64,000 nucleotides of DNA, from contig NC_042997.1 in assembly GCF_006345805.1 (NCBI RefSeq), positions 25,978,001 to 26,042,000 of the forward strand, given 5' to 3'. How positions within the stretch are numbered: position 1 is the first letter of the stretch; every line of letters begins with the position of its first letter. The notes beneath the pieces were generated by a model. That model searched no databases and was not told where the DNA came from. It saw only the letters and a program-made list of their open reading frames with translations. This DNA comes from Octopus sinensis. Taxonomy: Eukaryota. Of this stretch, positions 54,408 to 64,000 are shown one piece after another. A program made the position numbers and the translations under genes.

Positions 54408-54863
54408 TGCTGGGAGATAACAGAATATTCAAAGTAGACACCTTCATCTTCCACCACAACCACACATCGGCTCCGGAGTCTGGCGCGTGCATTCCTCACT
54501 GTGTTCACGGAAAGATCATCAAACGCCTCTTGACCTAGGCAATCAGCTCGGCCTTCGTGCTGCAAGCAGAGCGGTAGAAGCCTTTCTCAACCGTACCCCA
54601 GACATAATTCCTCTATGTTACACCCATCTTTTCAGTATTATGCGTTTAAAGTTTTCTTGATGTTCGTTGTTGTTAGTTCCATGTGTGTCTTGATTGAGCG
54701 AATTTACGATAAAAGCCAACCCCACCGTCTTATTTTCACAACTTTAGAAACTTAAAGGTCTACATTATCAAAAGTGGCCTTCATCTTGTAAGACAGTTGG
54801 ATGTCATTCGAGGTGAGAATTCGTTGATATTGCTATCAACTACCACACAGAGTTTTCCCTTAT

Positions 54864-54963
54864 NNNNNNNNNNNNNNNNNNNNNNNNNNNNNNNNNNNNN
54901 NNNNNNNNNNNNNNNNNNNNNNNNNNNNNNNNNNNNNNNNNNNNNNNNNNNNNNNNNNNNNNN
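54864..54963. other. Assembly gap (100 N)
   Basis: Run of N. Confidence 1.
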
Positions 54964-55227
54964 ATATATAATATATATATATATAGATAGATAGATATAT
55001 ACATATATATAATATATATGTATATATATTATATATATATATATGTGCACACACACTCATATATATATATAAAGCGAGGCAGAGAGAGAGAGGGAGAGAG
55101 GAGAGAGACAGACAGAAACATAGAGAGATATGTGCAATCAAACATACATGCTTACATGCATACATGCAATCATGTGTACACACATACATGCATACATACA
55201 CACATACACATACATGCATACGTGAGC

Positions 55228-55276
<49 letters not shown>

Positions 55277-55589
55277 CATGTTTGTCTATGAATGTGTATA
55301 GGTAAGCATGTATGTAGAATATGTGTTAAAGCGTGCACGAGCTAGTGCGTGTTATCACATTATATTGTAATATTGCGTGTATGAGACACTGTTTGTTCAT
55401 TTTCTTTTTCCTTTTGTCGTACATATAACACACGCACCTGTGTAATTCTGCGTAAATATGTGTGTGTGTGCACGTGTGTGTGCACGTGTGTGTTGTGTAT
55501 ATACGTATACATACGTACGTAGATACATATATACATTCACATGTGTGTGTGTGCGTACACGTGTGCGTGTACATGTGTATGTAAATGCT

Positions 55590-56820
55590 CGTATAAGTGT
55601 GTGTATGTATCTGATCATATGGATGTGTGTGTGTATAAGCTCGTATGTATGTGTGTATGTATCTGATCATATGGATGTGTGTATGTATAAGCTCGTATGT
55701 ATGTGTGTATGTATCTGATCATATGGATGTGTGTATGTATAAGCTCGTATGTATGTGTGTATGTATCTGACCATATGGATGTGTGTATGTATAAGCTCGT
55801 ATGTATGTGTGTATGTATCTGATCATATGGATGTGTGTATGTATAAGCTCGTATGTATGTGTGTATGTATCTGATCATATGGATGTGTGTATGTATAAGC
55901 TCGTATGTATGTGTGTATGTATCTGACCATATGGATGTGTGTATGTATAAGCTCGTATGTATGTGTGTATGTATCTGATCATATGGATGTGTGTATGTAT
56001 AAGCTCGTATGTATGTGTGTATGTATATGCTCGTATATGTTTGTATACGCTCGTATGTTTGTGTGTGTGTATCTGCTCGTATGCGTGTGTATGTATCTGC
56101 TCGTATAAATGTGTGTATGTAAATGACCGTATAAGCGTGTATATATATATATGCTCGTATATATGTGTGTATGTATACGCTCGTATGTGTTTGTATGTAT
56201 ACGCCCGTATGTGTATGTGTATGTATATGTTCGTATGTGTATGCATGTAATCAGCTCGTATGGATGTGTGTATGTATACGCTCGTATGTGTGTATGTATA
56301 TGCTCGTAAGTGTGTGTGTGTATGTATACGCTCGTATGTGTGTATGTATATGCTCGTATGTATGTGTGTACGTATACGCTCGTATCTGTGTATATATATG
56401 CTCATATGTGTCTGTGTATGTATACGCTCGTATGTGTGTGTATATGTATATGCTCGTATGTGTGTGTGTGTGTATGTATCTGCTCGCATGGATGTGTGTA
56501 TGTATATACTCGTATAAGAGTGTGTATGTATATGCTCGTATGAGTGTATATATGTATATGCTCGTATATAAGTGTGTGTATGTATATGCTCGTATGTGTG
56601 TGTATATATATGCTTGCATCGGTGTGTGTATATATGCTTTTATGGGTGTGTATGTATATATATGCTTGTATGAGTGTGTGTATGTACATGCTCGTATAAG
56701 TTTGTGTATGTATATGCTCGTATGTGTTTGTATATATATGCTTGTATGGGTGTGTGTATGTATATGCTCGTATAATTTTGTGTATGTATATGCTCGTATG
56801 TGTTTGTGTATATATGCTTC
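55590..56820. repeat. Minisatellite array: 52-bp unit x8 (55590-56020) grading into a diverged 22-28 bp tatgctcgta array
   Basis: ctga(t/c)cat recurs at 55611, 55663, 55715, 55767, 55819, 55871, 55923 and 55975. Confidence 0.92.
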
Positions 56821-57494
56821 TGTGGGTGTGTGCATGTGTGTATGAGAGTGTGTTTATATGTGTTTATGTTTGCTTTGTTGTATATGTAGTGTGACTCCTA
56901 TCGTTTTAGAGAGCAAATTTTGTTTTTGCTTTTGTTCTTCCGTTCGTATGTTGTTTGTCAAACGAACGAAAAGGAGACAAAGAAAGAGTCAGGGAGAGTG
57001 TGGATGTTGTAACGAAGAGGGGAAAGGGAGAGAGAGAGAAAGAAAGAAAGAAAGACAGAGAGAGAGGGGCACAGAGACCGATAGATAGATAGACAGAGAA
57101 AGAATGAGGTTGCATGCGAAAGTGAAGTGCAGAATATAACAGAGAGTGAGAAAGAGAGAGAGAGAGTGAAATAGACGATGGGCAAAAGAGAGAAACGTTC
57201 TCTCACACAGAGGCACATATAACAACTAGACTTACACATGCAAACAATCATTTCTTTGTACAACAAACGTTTTCTCTCGCATCCTCGTTCTCGAAGTTTC
57301 AGTGACTCACGCAAAATGATGCACACACACACACGCATACACTTACATACTGGTACGGACAAACGCGCATGCAACCAATGTATATAAATACATACACATA
57401 CAGAGATGCCCATGTCGACACATGCATACGCCCATACATACATGCACATGCCGATTCAATAACACACAAATACACAAACACAGACACTCAGAGA

Positions 57495-57890
<396 letters not shown>

Positions 57891-58275
57891 TACACGCAAA
57901 GATATACAAATGGCTGATAGATATGATATGTAAGGAAATACACTATCAATGCGCATATAGTATGACAGGAATATGTACACGCCACAAAGGTACATGGAAT
58001 GAAATGACAATAACAAACTTACACATGTGTGTATATGTTTGTATAGGCAGGAGTGCGCGTGTGTGTTGTGTATATGCAGCAACGTACGCCGCCAACACAC
58101 ACATTAGATATCACGACGAACTTTGAACCCGGATTTGAAGAGGACACACCAGTGAGTTGATAGTAGGAAGAACGTGGGTGGGGTGTGGTGTGGGGTAGGA
58201 TGGGGGTGGGGCTGAGAGTGATGGAGAATTACGAGATAACGAGACTAAAAAGAGTATAGGACAGATAGTCTGATG

Positions 58276-58307
<32 letters not shown>

Positions 58308-59459
58308 TTGAGAGAGAGAGATATTGAGAGAGAGAGAGAGGAGGTTAATAGAGATAGTATGACACAAAAATGGGAAAGAGCGTGTGAGTTTGGAAAGTTA
58401 GTAAAAACTGTATGGATTTACGTATACATACATATATATATATTATATATATATATATATATATATGATATATATATATATACATGTATATATACATATA
58501 TATATATATTTATATATATATATATATATATATACATATACATTTTATACATATATATATATATAGATATATATATATATATATGTAATATATATATATA
58601 TATAATTATATATATATATGCATGTATATATATACATATATATATATATATATGTACATATATATATACATTTATATATATATACATATATATATGCATA
58701 CATATATATATATATATACCCGCACATACATGCATATACATATTTATGTGTGTGTGTATGTATGAATGAGTGAGCGAGTGAGTTAGCGAGTGAGTGAGTG
58801 AATGAGTAACAAAGAGAAGGAAAACAGAACGTAGATGAAGCTGAGGATGTGGAGATAGCCGTGGTGGGAGAGCGTAGAGGTTGGCTGATTGGAGAGTCAC
58901 ATAAGCCGCTAGAATAAGAAGGGTGATGTGCGCAAAATGGAATGATAACAAAACATTGTTTTGAAGGATGTCTGTGTTTAAATACAGAAGTAAATAAAGA
59001 AGAGAAAAGGAAGCAACAACAAAAAAAAAGCAGCAAAAACATATAAAGCGAAACAAAAAAATGTCATGAAACAAAAGCAAATGAAATATGAAAAACAGTA
59101 AGTAAATAAAGAGATGAATAAAATAAACAGTACGTTTGATAAAATGTAAATATTTGACGGGCCATGGTGCAACAGCAGAACTGCAACGGGAGCAGTTACA
59201 TTACCATCAAGAATTGCAACATCGATTTTATCGCCAAATAGAATAATAACAATTTTCTATACAGGTACGAGACAGAAATTTCAGTTTGCACAGGCAGAGC
59301 TTTTTCGTTCTTTGCTGGTCCTTACCATATTTGATGGCGTATAAGTTCCTCCTTTTTTTTTCAAAACAAAGCTTCAAAATATTATTCGGGTCCTGAAAGG
59401 TAAAGTTGGACTTCCCGCTTTCTAATTTTGTTGCTGATACCCTTATTCTTGGGTGTGTG

Positions 59460-59844
59460 GAGGCGCAATGGCCCAGTGGTTAGGGCAGCGGACACGCGGT
59501 CATAGGATCGCGGTTTCGATTTCCAGACCGGGCGTTGTGAGTGTTTATTGAGCGAAAACACCTAAAAGGTCCACGAGGCTCCGGCAGGGGATGGTGGTGA
59601 TCCCTGCTGTACGCTTTCACCACAACTTTCTCTCACTCTTACTTCCTGTTTCTGTTGTGCTTGTATTTCAAAGGGCCGGCCTTGTCACTCTCTGTGTCAC
59701 GCTGAATATCCCCGAGAACTACGTTAAGGGTACACGTGTCTGTGGAGTGCTCAGCCACTTACACGTTAATTTCACGAGCAGGCTGTTCCGTTGATTCGGA
59801 TCAACCGGAACCCTCATCATCGTAACCGACGGAGTGCTTCCATC
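59460..59844 (+). mobile_element. SINE family A
   Basis: 15-bp TSD ATTCTTGGGTGTGTG at 59445-59 and 59845-59. Confidence 0.92.
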
Positions 59845-60040
59845 ATTCTTGGGTGTGTGTTGCTGAAATATGGATGCGTCTAATGTATCATTGTGTATTT
59901 TATCAATACAGTAATATTTTCAAGCCAGGATATATGTAATGCAAATTGTCTTCCGAGGAATTTGAGCTCAGAATCTAAAGCGTCGGAATAAATATCGTGT
60001 TAATGATTTCGTTAACAACAGCAAGAACAGTAAAAGCAAT

Positions 60041-60426
60041 TGGCTGTGTGGTAAGTAGTTTGCTTAACAACCATATGGTTCCGGGTTCAGTCCCACTGCA
60101 TGGCACCTTGGGCAAGTGTCTTCTACTATAGCCTCGGGCCGACCAAAGCCTTCTGAGTGGATTTGGTAGACGGAAACTGAAAGAAGCCCGTCGGATATAT
60201 GTATATATATGTGTGTGTGTGTTTGTGTATCTGTGTTTGTCCACCCCCCAATATCGCTTGACAACCTATGCTGTTGTGTTTACGTACTCGTAACTTAGCG
60301 GTTCGGCAAAAGAGACCGATAGAATAAGTACTAGACCTACAAAGAATAAGTCCCGGGGTCGATTTTCTCGACTAAAGGTGGTGCTCTGGTATGGCCGCAG
60401 TCGAATGACTGAAACAAGTAAAAGAG
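60041..60426 (+). mobile_element. SINE family B, 5' end slightly truncated
   Basis: Homologous to the other B copies. Confidence 0.85.
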
Positions 60427-60700
60427 CAACAAGAACAGCATCAACAGGAACGGAAATATAGGGATAACTGGTCCATCTTCAACATTGGTATCAACCAACA
60501 TTATCAACGTCAGTTACAACAACTTGTTTGTTCGATTTCTTAGATACAGCAGCAGACAAATGCCTCTCAAATCACACTTTAGAGTTTTTGCAAGAAAAAA
60601 CAAATATTTTAAATACACCATACCTTAACATGGGATGAAACGGACAAGCTTGGAATGTTCACTTGATCAAAGTTGTTCTTCAGGTAAACAATCTGTACGG

Positions 60701-61087
60701 ATGGAGGCGCAATGGCCCAGTGGTTAGGGCAGCGGACTCGCGGTCGTAGGATCGCGGTTTCGATTCGCAGACCGGGCGTTGTGAGTGTTTATTGAGCGAA
60801 AACACCTAAAGCTCCACGAGGCTCCGACAGGGGATGGTGGTGATCCCTGCTGTACTCTTTCACCACAACTTTCTCTCACTCTTACTTCCTGTTTCTGTTG
60901 TACCCGTATTTCAAAGGACCGGCCTTGTCACTCTCTGTGTCACGCTGAATATCCCCGAGAACTACGTTAAGGGTACACGTGTCTGTGGAATGCTCATCCA
61001 CTTACACGTTAATTTCACAAGCAGGCTGTTCCGTTGATTCGGCTCAACCGGAACCCTCGTCGTCGTAACCGACGGAGTGCTTCCATC
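60701..61087 (+). mobile_element. SINE family A
   Basis: 12-bp TSD CAATCTGTACGG at 60689-60700 and 61088-61099. Confidence 0.92.
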
Positions 61088-61326
61088 CAATCTGTACGGT
61101 ACAATCAACAGCAGGAACAAAAGTTGCAGGCAAGAAGCTTTAAATATTTGTACTAAAAGTATTGGCCAACTTCCCTTAAATCATATCCTACCATCCTTAA
61201 AATTGGAAGCATTCATAACAAAATGTTATTTGTTTGAAAATAGGATGAAATAATCAAACTGAACAGAGCTGGCTTTGTGTTAATAAATAGATTGTAATAG
61301 CATCAAAAGTTTCAGCATCCTCAACT

Positions 61327-61717
61327 GGATGGAAGCACTCCGTCGGTTACGACTATGATCCGAATCTGGTTGATCCGAATCAACGGAACAGCCTGCTCGT
61401 GAAATTAACGTGCAAGTGGCTGAGCACTCCACAGACACGTGCACCCTTAACGTAGTTCTCGGGGATATTCAGCGTGACACAGAGAGTGACAAGGCCGGTC
61501 CTTTGAAATACGGGTACAACAGAAACAGGAAGTAAGAGTGAGAGAAAGTTGTGGTGAAAGAGTACAGCAGGGATCACCACCATCCCCTGCCGGAGCCTCG
61601 TGGAGCTTTTATGTGTTTTCGCTCAATAAACACTCACAATGCCCGGTCTGGGAATCGAAACCGCGATCCTATGACCGCGAGTCCGCTGCCCTAACCACTG
61701 GGCCATTGCGCCTCCAC
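61327..61717 (-). mobile_element. SINE family A
   Basis: 8-bp TSD CCTCAACT at 61319-26 and 61718-25; small local rearrangement in the tail (gatccgaat duplicated). Confidence 0.9.
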
Positions 61718-62283
61718 CCTCAACTATTATAACATTAAAATCTGCAGCAACAACTGCAAAACAACAATAACAAGTTCAAGTGTAGCGTGCAGCCAAAAAA
61801 CAATAATTCTGTAGCAGCCAAAGTTTGTTTTTGATAAGAAACTCCCATACAAAGTGAGAAGCCACTTAGTATAAGGTATTGTGAAGAAGGAGAAATCAAG
61901 ACGAAATGAATGAATTTTCTTTAGACTTGAAAAAGAGTTCAGGTCATAAGGAGGAGGAAAATAATGCAACGGAAGAGAGTTCCAAAGTCAAGCGGTTCAA
62001 GGAAAAAGTTACAACCATCGAAAGATTTCCTTATTCGGGCGCTGTTGTGGAACAGCAACAACAACAAATAACATCAGCAACAGAGCAGCAGAATGGGCAT
62101 GAGTAGTAGTTAAAACAAGAAATTTCCTTTATTTTTGCATCTGCTAGAGTTTGATCTCACAGCGCTGAAATTTAAGCAAGTGCCATCTATAACACGTCAC
62201 ATTCTCACATATGTAATATTGTCAGTTTGGAAACTTCGTGCCACTTCAATTCTGCCAGATAAAAATTCCATTTAGAGATAAAA

Positions 62284-62519
62284 GGCGGTGAGCTGGCAGA
62301 ACCGTTAGCACGCCGGACGAAATGCGTAGCCGTATTTCGTCTGCTGTTACGTTCTGAGTTCAAATTCCGCCGAGGTCGATTTTGCCTTTCATCCTTTCGG
62401 GGTCGATAAATTAAGTACTAGTTACGCACTGGGGTCGATGTAATCGACTTAATCCGTTTGTCTGTCCTTGTTTGTCCCCTCTGTGTTTAGCCCCTTGTGG
62501 GTAGTAATGAAATGTATTA
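62284..62519 (+). mobile_element. SINE family C
   Basis: Full head, body and tail; flanked by a long imperfect direct repeat. Confidence 0.9.
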
Positions 62520-63394
62520 TCAGTTTGGAAACGTCGTGCAAGATAAAATTTCCATTTAGAGAAAAAAAAGTATATAATGAAACGAATTAATAAATAAATA
62601 CAAACACAAGCCTAATTGAAAATATGTTTAATATATGTTGTTGGCGTGACTGACAATGGGACTCTAACAACTAAACTAGAACAAACGACTTCAATATTAA
62701 CGACCAAGGTCTGAGGATAGAACATTTTAAACACTATATATAATAATCGTTGCAGTAAAACTAGTATTCGAAACACTTAAAGTGCATTCTACGTTTAACT
62801 TTTGATCATTCAAAGTTTTGTGGGAGAAATTTGGTCGAAAGAAAATATACGAAAGCTCATCGGAGGAACGGCCTCTGTTGTTAGTTGTCAGACTTAATTT
62901 TCTACCCAGTTTAGACCAACCATATGACCCTCCGGTGAATTTAAAGTTTTGCGCACATGTAAGCCAAATGATCTGTTTTAAGATGACTTATTCCATTCCT
63001 GCCATTAGTCAGGAAACCCCTAGAATGATTCATGAGTCCTGCCGTCCATCTTCTTTGGAAGCTATTAAAAATAAAACAACATATCGTAGTAAAATACACC
63101 AATTAAAACGGCCTCAACAATAACAACTATAGAAACAATTACATAAACAACGAAAGTAACTGCAAAATTATCAACAACTACACAAAGAACAAAACTTGTT
63201 AACGAGAGAAGCGGCTAAGGATCCAGCCACTTGCTAAAAATACTATCTAAATGTTCTTCAAACTTCACATTAGCATTTTTAAATAGATACTTTGCATAAT
63301 ATGGTTGGGTTTGCCCTATCTTTACAGCTAAAATTAAAGATTGGATGAAATTCATTTAAATGGCCAGCACCTGTTGCGAAACAACAAATACAGC

Positions 63395-63870
63395 GGAGGC
63401 GCAATGGCCCAGTCATTAGGGCAGCGGACTCGCGGTCGTAAGAACGCGGTTTCGATTCCCAAACCGGGCATTGTGAGTGTTTATTGAGCAAAAACACCTA
63501 AGTTCCACGAGACTACGGGTGAACCCCGCTGTACTCTTTCACCATAACTTTCTCTCACTTTTTCTTACTACTTCTGCCACAAAACAGAGGAACCACGGTG
63601 TAACCCACTATAGTGTGGTAAACCTTTCAAACCCTAATCTAGATTGCGAATCCTCTGTACCCCAGGATGGTTCAGCTCTCCACCCGTTAAAAAGCCTCTG
63701 TTTACGGACTGAAGATAACAACGTAGCTTTCGCGCCCGTGGAATCGCCAGTCTATCGCGTGTGGTGGGTGGATCTTCAAGTTGCCACACGCATTCTTAGT
63801 AGCTTAGAGTAGGCTCAAATTAGAGAATATTCTTTGTGGCTAATAGCGTGAGTCCTGATTGGAAGAAGAG
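63395..63870 (+). mobile_element. SINE family A head/body with alternative tail 2
   Basis: Homologous to 48053-48532; ends gtgagtcctgattggaagaag. Confidence 0.85.
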
Positions 63871-64000
63871 AACAACTACAGTAGCAACAACAATTGTAAC
63901 AACACCAATGGCAATAAGTAAATAATGTAGCAGCAATGAAAGTGTTGATGGTGGTCACTATGCGTGGTTGTAGGACTTAATTAAAAACATAAAATACAGA

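Larger units (their letters stand above)
53270..54612 (-). mobile_element. maT/DD37D-like transposon remnant interrupted by three later insertions
   Basis: 54428-54612 translates NYVWGTVEK..ACSTKAELIA*VK/AFDDLSVNTVRNARARLRSRCVVVVEDEGVYFE. Rejoining across the insertions reproduces the flank seen at 105-141; left boundary approximate. Confidence 0.65.

Noticed and set aside
55611-56020. Regularly spaced repeats as a possible CRISPR-like array
   Set aside because: No unique spacers; a pure tandem minisatellite in a eukaryotic context.
61906-62106. 66-aa ORF with LEKEF-like text in an alternative frame
   Set aside because: The homeobox-like frame stops after three more codons; no further similarity.

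Overview
AT-rich, microsatellite-saturated eukaryotic DNA, most likely a cephalopod (Octopus-like); this is inferred from the SINE families and repeat composition. I found no confidently recognisable host protein-coding gene, and most ORFs in the track are translated microsatellites or SINEs. The window is a transposon graveyard with about 25 tRNA-derived SINE copies built from interchangeable head, body and tail modules. It also holds truncated non-LTR retrotransposons of four clades (R4/Dong-like in (TAA)n, HERO-like, Tx1/L1-like in (TATC)n, CR1-like), decayed mariner, Tc1 and maT-like transposases, hAT and TA-flanked MITEs, two Helitron-type elements, minisatellites and a 100-N gap. The most notable signal is a set of type I hammerhead ribozyme folds from at least three unrelated sequence families (28184, 39554, and an inverted pair at 46770/47023), plus decayed relatives. 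All have an extra or mismatched base at the foot of stem II. A second highlight is a SINE family whose 3' tail matches the 3' end of the Tx1/L1-like LINE in the same window. All family names come from manual reading and recalled motifs, not from database searches.
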